A DNA stretch of 64,000 nt from assembly GCF_009914755.1 (NCBI RefSeq), contig NC_060933.1, one strand, 5' to 3'. The number at the start of each line of letters is the position of its first letter. Position 1 is the first letter of the stretch. The translations under genes were made by a program, and so were the position numbers. Under the pieces are notes generated by a model that ran no database searches, had not been told where the DNA came from, and was given only the letters and a program-made list of their open reading frames with translations. The DNA is from the human T2T-CHM13v2.0 reference genome, Homo sapiens. Positions 1 to 17,338 of the stretch are shown here, in pieces.

Positions 1-596
1 AATTGGTTATGTAGCTTACACTCAATACCAAGACAATAATAATTTCAGATTATTCAGAATACATTTAATGGTACTTTACTGTATAAATGCCTGATTATTC
101 ATTTAGGGCTGTATATTCTCCCAAATTCTTTTATATGTATAATTTGGTTTAAATATTAAATTGTTGGAAGCTTAAGTAGCATTATTTTCATTGTTCAATC
201 TTAATATCCATTGTTTTAAATATGTTGTTTTAGAAAGCATATTTTGCTTACTTTTCCTCAAAACTTTCTGTTCATTGTTACTCTTCCCAAAAGAACAAAG
301 ATCTCCACAGCTAACACCAAACATCATATACCATATTTGTTTTTGTGGGTATTCTGTAATTATTTTCAAGCTCCTAGGCACATTTGCGTACACTACTTTT
401 GTTTCTGCAATGACAAATTTCTAAAATGTTAGCAGCAATGACTGTAAAAAAGGGTAGTTAATTGGAAAAGAGTTCAGATCCTAACTCTGTTTAGGGACCA
501 TGTAACCCAGGCAAGCCGCTGCACCTCCCTGGGCCTCATCCTGGAAGTAGAGATGTTGGGCAGACACATGGGGAGGGATTGCGTGTATGAGTGTAA

Positions 597-1163
<567 letters not shown>

Positions 1164-1329
1164 TAACCTCTGGGCAGGACATCCCCAGGATGGAGGTGCT
1201 CTGGCCCATGCCTGCACTATACCAGCATGTGCCCTGGGACATTGCAGATGGCTCCCCAGGCCTCCACGGGCCTGCACTCACAGTCTCTTCACCAGAGAGC
1301 TCGAAATCTCAGAACCCAACTCTCTCATG

Positions 1330-2035
1330 TCATCAAGCCAGAGACATGAGTCTGCTTTTCTGTCTCCTTAGATTTGTCTGTTCTTAGACATTTTGCATAA
1401 ATGAAATTATGTAATATGTGGTCCTCTATGACTGGCGTCTTTCACTTGGCATAATGTTTTCAAGGTTTCCTCATGTTGTTGCATATATCAGAGCTTTATT
1501 CTTTTTATTACTGCATAATATTCCATTTTATGAATTATTTGTCCATTCATCAGTTGGTGGACGTTTGAGTTGTTTCCACTTTCTGGCTACTATGAATAAT
1601 GCTACTGCAAACATTCATATACAAGTTTGTGTGTGGACAAGTTTTCATTTTTCTTGGATATGTATGTGGGAGTGGAATTGGTGTATCATATTGCTTTGAG
1701 GACAGACCAAACAGTTTTCTGAAGTAGCTGTACCGTTTTATCAAATACATTCCCATCAGCAGTGTATGAGGGCTTCAGTTGCTCTACCTCCTCTCCAACA
1801 AGTTTAATTTTTCTGATTTTCTATGATAACTATCCCAGTAGTTGTGAAAGTGGTATCTCACTATAGTTTTGATTTGCATTTTCCTTATGACTAAGGACAT
1901 TAAGCATCTTTTTATATGCTTATTGACCATTCATGTCTTCTTTGGAGAACTCTCCAGATTCTTTGCTCATTTTTAAATTTGGTTATTTGCCTTTTTATTG
2001 CTAAGTTATAAGAGTTCTTTATATAATCTGGATAC
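1330..2035 (-). mobile_element. Old L1 (L1M-type) 3' region fragment
   Basis: Typical antisense L1 3' text (ttcccatcagcagtgtatgagg..., gtggtatctcactatagttttgatttgcatt). Boundaries approximate. Confidence 0.75.
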
Positions 2036-2521
2036 ATGTCTCGATGAGCCTCATTTTTGTCACCCAAATTTAATGATATTCAAAATATTCTACTTACTAA
2101 GATAGGAAACTATTCTGTTTGAAAAACAGTATAAATAACAACGTTTTAAAAAAAAGAAAGATGCCCATTTGATTTTATCAAATTTTGACCTTATGATACT
2201 ACTAAGTAAATCTGATATTTCTTTTTTCTGTAATCATACTATATTTTAGCTGAAATAATTGATAAATATACCTGTCAAGTCTCAAATAATATTCTAATTA
2301 ATTTTTGTATGTTAATTTTGTCTTAACCATGCCAGTGGCTTACTCATAGCTTCCAAAAATAAAAGGTAACTCTTAGATTGAAAAATACTTTCAAAGTGGG
2401 TGGGTTTGCCTCTAGGGAGGAGAATGCTGGATCACAAGAGGGCAGGAGAAAGAGAATTACTTTCTGCTGTATTTTACACTTATATGCATGTAGCGTCATT
2501 TAAAAAAAAATAAATTTTGGA

Positions 2522-3141
<620 letters not shown>

Positions 3142-3166
3142 TCAGCAAAATTTAAATGTGGACTAT

Positions 3167-3520
3167 TGTATTAGTCCATTTTCACACTGCTGATAAAGAC
3201 ATACCCGAGACTGGGAAGAAAAATAGGTTTTATGGACTCATAGTTCCATGTGGCTGGGGAGGCCTCACAATCATGGTGGAAGGCTAAAGGCACTTCTTAC
3301 ATGGCAGTGGCGAGGGAGAATGAGAGAGGAGCAAAAGCAGAAACCCCTTATAAAACATCATAACTCATGAGACTTATTCACTACCATGAGAACAGCACGG
3401 GGGAAACCACCTCCATGATTTAATTATCTCCCACCAGGTCCTTCTCCCAACACATGGGAATTATGAGATTACAATTCAAGATGAGATTTGGATGGGGGGA
3501 CACAGACCCAAACCATATCA
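3167..3520. mobile_element. THE1-type (MaLR) solo LTR
   Basis: TGTATTAGTCC...AACCATATCA termini with perfect 5-bp TSD ACTAT (3162-3166, 3521-3525). Confidence 0.88.
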
Positions 3521-3983
3521 ACTATAGATTAGATCATGGTATTATATCATTTTACATTTCCTGATTTCGATAATTGTACTGTATTATATAAAAGGATGTC
3601 CTTGTTTTTAGGAAATTCACACTGATGGGCTTATGGGTAAAGGAATGACTTGTATGCAATTTAGTCTTCCCAAACAGTTCAGGGAAAAAATGCTTATGGG
3701 TATTTATAAATAAATAATTACAAAGCAAATATGGTCAAATGATAGGAAGGGTATCCTGGACTTTTCAGCATTCCTTCCCTTTTTCTGTGAGTTTAAAGTT
3801 ATTTCAAAATTAAAGTTTAAAAAAAAATTTAAAAGAAAGACACTTCCGGAATATTCTTTTATATATAAGAGCTTCCAGAATATTCTTTTATATATTTGAT
3901 ATATATTAATATATTTGATACACTTAATATTAGGAAAGAAATAAAAATCACAAATAAAAACTCAAGAATGGAAAAACTTAGTT

Positions 3984-4734
<751 letters not shown>

Positions 4735-5222
4735 TTAATAGGTAAATATGTACAAAGACAGGATTATGTGCAGTTCCCAGGTTCCCAGACGCGGGAAAGA
4801 CAGAGATTATAATGTCCTCAGTGGCCTCCTGTTCAGCTTGGAGGCTTAGACAGGAACCTCAGAGGATGCCTTTAGATGGGGAGTTTTCAGAAGAGGTGAG
4901 CTCTGATTTAAACCTGGAAGGGGTCGCAGAGGAAGAGGAGAGATGAAGCCCACCTTCCCCAGCCCTGCCCTCAGCTCTACCACCCAGGGAAGACCATAGG
5001 CTGCTGTTGGTTCCCTCCACATGGCCAATGGCCAGCCTTCTGCCAACTCTCCCAACACCAATATCACACTCTTCTCCATTTTCTTTTTTTTTTTCAAATA
5101 TTTTGTTCCAGCAAAACCTTCCCATGGCAAATTTCCACAGGTTAAAAACATAACTTTGATTTTAATGGGGAAAAATTTTGTATATCCATGAGCCCCTAAA
5201 TTAATACCCAATTTTAACACTA

Positions 5223-5573
<351 letters not shown>

Positions 5574-5739
5574 TTATATCACAACAAAACAATGGTGGCT
5601 TCTCTTCAGATGACTCTCCAATATACTGTCTACCTGCATTCCTTTGGCTTTTGGTATTGTCGTAGTTACTAAGGGTGTGCTCCAGCTATCCTCACAGAGG
5701 ACATAACACAGTGCTCTGTGTTTATGTGGTTCACTGCTA

Positions 5740-5920
5740 CTCCAAGTGTGGTCCTTGAACCAGCAGCGTTAGCATCACCTGGGAACTTGTCAGAAATGCA
5801 AATCCATGGGCTCTATGCCAGACTCTGGCTCAGAAGCTTTGTGGGAGGGATCCAAGAAATTTCATTCTAACCAGCCCACCAGGGGATTCTGAGGCACATG
5901 TAAGTTTGAGAACCACTGAT
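5740..5920. mobile_element. MER5A-like hAT DNA transposon remnant
   Basis: aagtgtggtcc...agcatcacctgggaacttgtcagaaatgca...agtttgagaaccactg. Confidence 0.7.
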
Positions 5921-6210
5921 GTAATTGAAAAAGAAGAAAAAAAGAGTAAAAAGGGGAAAAAAAGAAAAATCATCAGTGCTAATGATGCACAAGGTTATCT
6001 TTTGTAAACTAGGGTAGTGTAAATACTGTAAATTGAAGCAGCAAGAACTAATCATTCAAAGTCAAAGATAACTAATGAGCCCCTAGATTCACATCCTCCC
6101 ACCACTCACAAGGCATGGGACCCACAGATCCCCTCTCCCAAATGCAATGAGGTATCTCGTGTGCTGGTAGAGAGAGAAAATGCACTTCTAGTAAAACTGA
6201 ATACTATATA

Positions 6211-6500
6211 TTTTTTTTTTGAGACAGAGTCTCACTTTGTTGCCGGGCTAGAGTGCAGTGGTGCGATCTCAGCTCACTGCAACCTCCGCCTCCTGAGTTC
6301 CAGTGATTCTTCTGCCTCAGCCTCCTGAGTAGCTGGGACTACAGGTGTGCACCACCACACCCAGCTAATTTTTGTATTTTTAGTAGAGACGGGGTTTCAC
6401 CATGTTGGCCAGGATGGTCTTGATCTCTTGACCTCGTGATCCGCCGGCCTCAGCCTCCCAAAGTCCTGGGATTACAGGCATGAGCCACCGCGCCTGGGCT
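6211..6500 (-). mobile_element. AluS (Sc-like)
   Basis: Antisense Alu consensus. Confidence 0.9.
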
Positions 6501-6677
6501 AAACCCAAACTCTTTAAACTCAAGTGACCATGTCTCCAGGCATAACCATATTTCCTTCAAATTCTCAAAATTGTTTATCCCCAAAAGCTGCCCACCTCAC
6601 CCTCTTTAGGACTTTGGAGGTGTCTTTAGATTTTGTTCTGGGGGCCTCATGCCCATCATTCATCTTTATTTTTCCAG

Positions 6678-6795
6678 CAAAGGGTTACCTTCCAGTTCAA
6701 CATTTACCTTGGAAGAGGGGACCATCTACTTGACCGCTGAGCCCAACACTCTGGAAGTGCAGGATGACAATGCTTCTGTGCTTGACGTCTATTTA
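6678..6795 (+). CDS. PIP5K1B: PIP5K1B (phosphatidylinositol-4-phosphate 5-kinase type 1 beta), last coding exon, encoding ...KGLPSSSTFTLEEGTIYLTAEPNTLEVQDDNASVLDVYL
   Basis: Acceptor tttatttttccag ends at 6677 and donor GTAAGT starts at 6796. The translation (inside ORF 6649..6903) matches the recognised PIP5K1B C-terminus ending in DVYL. Position upstream of PRKACG and FXN fits the known gene order. Confidence 0.93.
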
Positions 6796-7438
6796 GTAAG
6801 TAATTTTTTAGTTTCCTCTCCTCCACTTCTGGTTTGTAAATGGATCCAGGCCATGGCTTACACAAGAACAAGTTCAATAAAACCAGGCATGCTTGGGTTT
6901 TAAAAGAAATGATGGCGCCCTTTCACTTCTGCAAATGGTGCTTCTTTTCACAAGCAATGTTTTCCTACAATTTATTACACAAAAGAACATCTAGGTCAAT
7001 ACGAAATCACCACGTATAACAAGAGAACGAATCCTCTAATGTTGAGGCAAAGTAGGGCTCCTTAGTGTTATTCCCAGCGAGGAAATGTTTCCCTTTGACT
7101 CAGCCGTGCTCCCTGATGTTTGAATCTTCTGTGTGTTGGCGTTGCTCCCTTGGTAAGTTAGTAGGCCGAGAGGCGCAGAACTGGGTCATGGGAAGAACCC
7201 AAATTCAGTGCTGGAGAATCTTGGCTGATTCTCTCCTCAGTTGTCACCAACCAGCTGTGTGATTTGGGAAGGAACCTTTCTGACTGCCTAAGGAGGGAAA
7301 TAATGCCCACCCTGCCTACCTTACAAGGCTGCTTTGAGGATCATGAGTGACCCTTTAGTGCCTGTCAAATTACCTGTATCAGCTTAATCGAACTGTTAGA
7401 TAATGCCTAGAAAGATACCCTGATGGGCTACACTGTAA

Positions 7439-7800
<362 letters not shown>

Positions 7801-8096
7801 TACCTGCACAAAATTACATAAAACAGGGGAAGTGTTCTTTTGGAATTTTCTGGGTTTTTTTAAGTTTTGCTAAACCTGAGCCAATACTCTGTGTCGCTCC
7901 TGGTGTACAAGTGCAACTTCAGGAATCAGCACCGAGTGATGCATGTCTCACAGCAGCTCCCTGAGCCTCCTTGAGCCTGCATTTTATGCTTTTCCATATC
8001 CCTGACCTAGCACTGTAATTCCTCACAAGTGCTCTGCAGGGCATCAGTCACCTAAGATGCTACTCCTAGCAATACTGGAGTAGTATCCAAAGTCCT

Positions 8097-8787
<691 letters not shown>

Positions 8788-9515
8788 CTATTCTAGCCAC
8801 ACTGGCCTCCTTGGTGTTCCTCTCACAGACCAAGCACATCTCTGCCTTGGGACTTTTGTGTTTGCCATTCCTGTCTGTGTATTCTTTTCCACCTATCCCA
8901 TGCTCCCTCACTTCCTTCAGGTCTCAGCCCAAGTACCTCTTTTTCAGATAGGCTTTTCTTGACCGCCCCCTACGTAAAACAGCAGGTCCCCCACCAACCG
9001 TTGTAAAAAGATTTTTTCTCTGAATATCCTAGTTTTTGCATAAACAAATTTTTTTGCACTGAGCAATGCTCCACCCTACCATTGCCCCCGCTTTAAAAAA
9101 AATAAGATTGTAGCAGATCACAAAATCCTTACAGAAAAGTTGGTCCACCCCCAACCAAGAAAATGGGGAATTAAATAGGGAAAAAAATACATTTTTGGTC
9201 CCATGTTGGATTCATCTGGAACCAGAAATCAGGAAAGCCTTTCAGAAAGAAGCTAAGTAAAATCTCATCTTCATGAGCTAAGGATTCATGCCACTTTCAT
9301 GTGTCTTTACAAAAACTAGATTTTCACCAGTCACGGAGGTGCAATATTCCTAAGTGAGCCAAAACTCAAATTCAGCTCCATGTGTGGTCCTGCCTAAACT
9401 TGAACCCAGGAGCACCCTGTTGTTGTTATTGACCATAAATATAAGTCTCACGTCCATCTCATTGGAATCATGTGTCTTACAAGAGTGAGGGAAGGATACA
9501 GAAAGGAAGGAATGA

Positions 9516-9873
<358 letters not shown>

Positions 9874-10432
9874 AAAATTGTTTAAGTATTCATTAATTTA
9901 AAACAGTAATCTATTATATGTTAAATAATGTTTTTATGAATATTATTATATTTTCCAAAACAAAAATAAATTTTGTGAGAAAGGTGGCATTCTTTTATAT
10001 TTCTGCAAATCCCTAATGTCTGGCTTAATGGAAGAAAAAAGATTCTCACATCTGTTTCTGTATCTGTCTTCTTGATATATATAACACATCATTTCATTTC
10101 TAGAAAGCTCCATCGTACATCCATGAAAGGGAATGAGAATAAAAAGGCAAACAACATCTTTGTATTATTAGGAAAATAGTTTGACCTCATGGACCCCCAG
10201 AAATGATCCCTACAGAGTTTTTCTCATATTTTAACTTAGTCTCTTCACCTGTTGCAAAACCAAGTGAAGCATAAATTAATTAGAGACAAATAGGCACCTG
10301 GAGTCTGTGCTGGTCTCTGCCTCTCATTAATCGTTTCCCTTGAATTCAGTGATCTCAGTTTTCTCATCTATAAAATGAATTATTAAATCAGGTTCATTCT
10401 AAATTACAAAGAGATATAGAAATAAGATTTTC

Positions 10433-10805
10433 CAAGGTGGGAAGATTGCTTGAGGCCAGGAGTTCGAGACCAGCCAAGGCAACACAGTGATACCTCATCT
10501 CTACAAAAATTAAAAAAAAAAAAAAATTAGCCATGCTTGGTGGTGCATGCCTGTAGTCCCAGCTACTTGTGAGGCTGAGGCTGGAGGATCCCTCAGGCCC
10601 AGGAGTCTGAGGTTGCAGTGAGCCATGATCTAGTCACTGCACCCCAGCCTAGGCAATGGAGTGAGACACGGTCTCTAAAGAAATTGAAAGAAAAGAAAGA
10701 AAAGAAGGAAAGGAAGGAAGGAAGGGAAGAAGGGAAGGGAAGGGAAGGGAGGGGAGGGGAGAAAGAAAGAGAGAAAGAGAGAGAGAAAGAAAGAGAAAAG
10801 GAAGG
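10433..10805 (+). mobile_element. 5'-truncated AluJ with a tail expanded into a GA-rich low-complexity tract (~10681-10805)
   Basis: AluJ-type body followed by GAAA/GGAA/GAGA repeats. Confidence 0.8.
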
Positions 10806-11066
10806 TTTCCAAAGTATCTACCGTTGTTTCTCCAAATTTTGCTGTTTAATCACCTCCTGTACCATAAACTTTCACATTCTTTAAACTTAAATTTTATGGC
10901 AGTACATCTAGAAAGTCCTGCACCATTAACTTGTAATTCCAGAATGTGTTTTCATGCTGGAAAATTTTATTTTTTGTTTTGCGTGCTCTTCTAGATCAGA
11001 AAGGGTACAGCTCATTGCCCTCCCTTCAGTATTTTCATTTGCATCTCCATATGAAAAAGCAAATGG

Positions 11067-11365
<299 letters not shown>

Positions 11366-13483
11366 GGAAGAAAGAAAATGGAAAAGAAAAGCACAAGAAA
11401 GGAAAACCAATCTTGCCTTTGCATTGTCTCTTTTTTCCTTTTGACATAATTTGAGTGCTCTGAATCACAGCCATCTTTATCTGAAGGGCAGTTGGAAGCT
11501 TCTCTAGTGACTTCCTGTACAGTGTTGTCACCAAACGTGGTCAGGTTTCTCTTGTAATGCTTCTTCTCCTTTAAGATAGCATTTCTCTATTAGTAGTTGT
11601 AGCCTAATCCCCTAGTGCTTTTATTTATACAGTAATGTATAATACCATTTACCTTTGTGTAAAAATACATAAGTTTAAACCCAAATGACGTATGCCCACC
11701 AGATAACATATGAAATATCCTTTTAAGGATCCATCCACACATTATGTGTGTGTGCATTAGGCTAGCTCTCCTGCTTTTTCCTGTAACTCAACATGAAATT
11801 AAAAAGGATTGGTGAGTTGAAAAGGCAGCTAATTGTTCCATCATCCTTAGTGAGACATTTAGTTCAGATTTTATGTATCTAGTTATTCTGCATGGCTTTT
11901 TAAAGGCCATTCACCTTCACACTGTAGAGTCCCAAGCTATTTGACTCATTTTCAAATATTCAAATCAAGGGAAGTGTTTTCTAAGATGATTTTTATCCAG
12001 TGACCAAAGATGTGTTTTTCATTGAATTTTGAGTTGATGACACAGATTAGGGTATTTAAAAGAATACACAGAGATGAGCAGGCTGTATTGATTTAAAATG
12101 GGCAATCACGCAGTCTTCATAATAGAGCAAGATTCTACTTTGTAAATAGTCCCAGATATTCTAAGGCACCGGATGCTGTCACAGTGGCTGTTATTTCCGT
12201 TTCTAAGGCGGCTTCTTTGCCTGATGTAGAATGCAATTTGGTTTTCGTGGAAAGAGGAACAACCAACAAAAAGCCATTTCTGCTGAAAAGTGTATTGGGA
12301 GAGAATATCCTTTTATGACTAGCTGGGAATGGCTGGGTAAGTGGGAGATAATGGGATTGCTTTTTTAATAATATAGAAGTTTGAAAGATGGCTGCCAGAA
12401 AACAGTGACTTCCTTGCTTCTACTATTCATACCCAAGGTTATGCCCTTACACTTTCCATATTAACATCCTCTCAATAATATGTACTTTCATCCAGTTTTG
12501 CTTCTCTGCAAAATGGCTGTTTGAAATACAAAAATAGCTGTGAGCAAAGGAGAAGAAACAGTTAAGCTGTTTTTTAGCCACGCCAGTATTGGAGATTAGC
12601 GCTCTGATGGGCAGCTGTTGGACGGCTTGATTATTTAATGTGTTTTCAGGGTAGTTAATAATACTCTTTGATCATGGGAAGAAGGGTGGCAGAGAAGTGA
12701 AAATGATTGAATTAACAGCTTATCATACTATTATGTATGGAAAAAGCGTGAGAAAGAGAAGAAAAACACTTTAAATTAGGTCACAGGGGTCTTAGAAAAT
12801 TCAGTGGAACTTTTTTGGCAAAAGAAACTGCATTTCTGGATTTGAATCCCTCAGCGTTGAGGTTAATGACTTATATTGGGTCTCTTTAATCATTCCTTGT
12901 TGGAGCCAGTATCCGCTGCTTCAAGGGGTGTTTATTTGAAACAGTGGCATTTCTTATTCCTTCTCAGGAGAGAACTCGATCCCCTACCAACCAAAGATGC
13001 TGCTCGGGTTTTTGGTAGATTTTAGTGAGAGCAGAGTAGGAAGGAGAAAAGACAAACACTGCGTTTGGTGTAGAAGGCATTTGACCAGAAGCCCCTTTCC
13101 TTCTGCCAGGTGATCACATTGTTGAGAAGTGAAGAGATTTTGGAAAGGATAAATTAGGGCCCTTGTTTGTTTCCAGAAATGCTTGGCCCCTAAGTTATTG
13201 ACAAATAATATTTCTAAGACATGTGGAAGAGCTGAGAAAATGGACCTCCCATTGCCCGAGTCTCACAGCATCTACAAGTTATTCCCATTCTTGAAATAAA
13301 AGTGACGCAAGCTTCAAATTAATGAGGCAACCTGTCAGTCTAGATTAGGAGGTCACCCATAGGATTTTTTTAAAAAACAAACAGCATTAAACTGCTGTTT
13401 AAGGATTAGCGTAGGGAATTCCAGCTGGAGTTATAAAGGCACACTGGCTTTCCAGTTCAATTAGGCTCAGAGTTAGCAATTGA

Positions 13484-13895
<412 letters not shown>

Positions 13896-14459
13896 GATTT
13901 CCACTTTCTTAAAAGCTAGTTCTGCTCCAGTTTGCCTGGGTCTTTTATTATTATACATCCAGGCGCGGGTTGCCCCTCATTTTTCATTCTTTTCCTCCTA
14001 AGACTGGCCTCTCTTCCCTTCCCTTATCCCTCTAGACTCTTCCTATTGCTTCTCTTTGTGGTTTCTATTTTTGTCTTCCTTGTCAGAGAAAGCCAGTGTT
14101 TGCCATTTTCTGGAAACTTTCCAACTCTTGGGAATAGTGTTTGAGGAAGAACAGCCTGTAATGGTGTGAACTTGGGGTCTGCGAGGCCCTGAGCCTGCAG
14201 AAAACAAACAGCAGACTTAGAAAGAACCAGATTAGAACAAACAAGAACTTTTAGGAAAACAAGTTTAGATCACACCCATGGACCTAGTAAACAGGACTGT
14301 TCTCATTCGTGCCATTTCCCCTTCTGGGCTCTGAGGGGGAATGGGAAAATGCTTAAGGACTATTCGGTTTATAAAAAATAAAGCCCCCCAAGTGTGATGA
14401 ATGGCACGAGTAGGAGTAGGCAGCTGAGGGCCTGGCTTCCCGTGGTCTGCTTCTGCCTC

Positions 14460-14875
14460 TGCTGGTTTCCAAGGCCTGCTATCACAAATGACCACAGACA
14501 GAAATGGATTGTCTCACAGTTCTAGAGGCCGGATGTCTGAAATCAAGGTGTCAGTAGTGCCACACTTCCTCTGAAGGCTCCAGGGGAGGATCCTTCCCTC
14601 CCTCTTTTAGCCTCTGGTGGCTCCACATGTCCCTTGGTCCTTTGATCTGCGTCACTGCTGCCATGTTCATATGGCCTTCTTCCCTGTGATGTTCTGTGCC
14701 TCTGTGTGGCCTCTCTTCTTATAAGGATGTCACTCATTTGATTTAGGGTTCACCCTAATCCAGTATGACCTCATCTTAACTAATTACATCTGCAAAGACC
14801 CTATTTCCAAATAAGGTTACGGTCTGAGGCTCCAAGTGGATAAGAATATTGGGGGGACACAATTCAGCCCACCCC
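14460..14875. mobile_element. MLT1-type MaLR LTR
   Basis: tctcacagttctagaggccggatgtctgaaatcaaggtgtcag...ggggggacacaattcagccc. Confidence 0.75.
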
Positions 14876-15949
14876 TCTACCTTACCGAGGGACCTGTGAA
14901 TTAACTGCTCCTTACCACACATAGCCTCGTTTTCTTGTTCACTTCCCTTCTCCCTGGTTGTCACTGTGACGTTAGGTAGATGTTTCCAAATTAGTTTGTA
15001 TTCCTCACAAAGAGGTATCAGGTAAATGACTATATGAACAGAGTCAGTCACCTGTTGGGGACATAATTTGTGTTCGAAGTAAAATCCCTGGGGGTGGACT
15101 GAGGCATTGGTATTTTTTAAACCTCTACACACACCAGAGCTGAGATCCCCTGAGCTTATTAACAGGGTCCTTCAGCTCTGAGCATCCTGGAATTCTTGTA
15201 TGCTAATGTAAGGGGGAACCGTGTGACTCCCCTGGCAAGATAGCTGTCCCATTACACGTGCCTCTAATGTAGAAGCAAAGCCTAGGAAGCTCCTACACCC
15301 TCAAGTTTATGATCTGGGCTTGCCAATGAGTTCCTGCTTTCAGCAAGCCCTCTACTGCCACCTACTGATAATCAAGGCGGGGAAGGAGTGATGGAGCCCC
15401 TAGAGTTGAAACGTAATGAAGAGCAAGTGTGTGTCTCAATGGAGTTCCCACTCCATGTACTTGATTGTAGCCTTTCAGTGTTGTACGTGCAAGGTCAGCA
15501 GGCGGCGGGGGTATGTCCTTCAGAGGTCAAAGGCAGCTTACTCTGACAGGCCCAGCTCCACCACCTTTCAAGTTGGACTGGAGGCTACAATTACAATGTG
15601 GCGCAAAAATGAAGGTGTTACCTTCCCTCAGGTCCAAGTGTGCCCCCCTCATCCATCAAGGCCAGTTCTGCTTGAGCCTTTTTGAAAGGCTCCCTTGGCA
15701 GATTGGGATTCAACACAGAAAATGCTTCTTTCTACTGTTTAGGCAGCAATTTTAACAAAGTATCAACAAATCTGGGGTGGAGAAAGCCATTCTTCACCTT
15801 CGGTCTTCCACAGGTCCTCGCCTACAGCCATGGAACTCCCAGGTGATTGTGGCTTTTGAAGTAACTTTAGTAGAGAACAGAATTAAATATAATAAGATAA
15901 AAATATGTGGGGTTTTTTTAAAGACTTCCTAAATCCCAGTGGTTGCTAT

Positions 15950-16361
15950 TTTATTAGTTTTCTAGGGCTGCTGTAACAAAGTACCCCAGATTTGGTGTCT
16001 TGAACAGAAATTTCTTTTCTTGTCATTCTGGAGGCCAGAAGTTCAAGATCAAGGTGTTGGCAGGGTGGATTCCTTCTGAGGGCTGTGAGGCAAGGATCTG
16101 TTCTAGCCTTTCGCTGGTTTGTAGGTGGCCTTCATCTCCCTATGTCTTCACATCACATCTTCCCCCTGTACGTGTCTGTATCCAAAATTCCCCTTTGCAT
16201 AAGGACATCAGCCATATTGAATTAGGGCCCAACCTGTGGCCTCGTTTTAATCTGATTACCTCTATAAAGACCCTGCCTCCAAATAAGGTCACATTCTGTG
16301 GTGACAACAGTTAGGACTTTTAACATAGAAATTTTAGGGGAACACAGTTTAGCCCGTAACA
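15950..16361. mobile_element. MLT1-type MaLR LTR
   Basis: tattagttttctagggctgctgtaacaaagtacc...cacagtttagcccgtaaca. Confidence 0.78.
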
Positions 16362-16439
16362 GCTACTTGGGTGTTTTTGTAAAGGAAAATGCCACCGAGG
16401 AAAGTGCTGAGATGGAAAAGGCTTGATGGGGGCACAACT

Positions 16440-16750
16440 TTTTTTTTTTTTTTCTTTTTTTGATGGAATCTTCCTCTGTCACCCAGGCTGGAGTGCAGTG
16501 GCGCAATCCTGGCTCACTGCAACCTCCACCTCCCAGGTTAAAGTGATTCTCGTGCCTCAGTCTGCTGAGTAGCTGGGAATTATAGGCGCACGCCACCACA
16601 CCCGGCTAATTTTTATTTTTATTTTTTTTTTGTAATGACAGGGTTTCAGCATGTGGGCCAGGCTGGTCTCGAACTCCTGACCTCAGGTGATCCACCTGCC
16701 TCGGCCTCCCCAAGTGCCAGGATTACAGGTGTGAGCCACCACACCCAGCC
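16440..16750 (-). mobile_element. AluS
   Basis: Antisense Alu consensus. Confidence 0.9.
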
Positions 16751-16979
16751 TGGGTGTGCAGCTTCTAATTTCCACCCTCTGGGTCTTGGCAGAGGGCCTC
16801 TGGTGCATTCCTTCCTGTGGGTGAGAGAGAAGCCAGTGGCGTTGTCCTCAGGCAGTGCTCCTTTTCAAATGAAACCAGTACCATATTCCTCCCCCCACAT
16901 TTTTCAAATGTGGCTGAAGCAGGGGTCAGAGTGGATTGTGTTGCAGCAACAGATCTATGTGATGTGTTAGATGATAAGG

Positions 16980-17338
16980 TGTATCAGTCCATTTTCACAC
17001 TGCTATAAACAACTACCCAAGACTGGGTAATTAATAAAGGAAAGCGGTTTAATTAACTCATAGTTCCACATGACTGGGGAGGCCTCAGGAAACTTACAAT
17101 CATGGCAGAAGGTGAAGGGGAAGCCAGGCACATCTTACTTAGTGGCAGGAGAGAGACAGAAGTGGCAATCACCAGACATTTTCAAACAACCAGATCTCAT
17201 GAGAACTCTGACATGACAACAGCAAGGGGGAAGTCTGCCCCCATGAATCAATCGCCTCCCACCAGACCACTCCCCCAACACATGGGGATTACAATTTGAC
17301 ATGAGATTTGGGTAGGGACACAGAGCCAAACCATATCA
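16980..17338. mobile_element. MSTA/THE1-type MaLR solo LTR
   Basis: TGTATCAGTCC...AACCATATCA termini; near-TSD TAAGG/TGAGG. Confidence 0.85.

Noticed and set aside
3843-3895. 24-nt near-perfect direct repeat with a 29-nt period
   Set aside because: Ordinary slippage duplication in AT-rich repeat-derived DNA; two copies only, not a CRISPR-like array.
7924-7944. TCAGCACC REST-like half site
   Set aside because: The right half (GGACAG) is missing.
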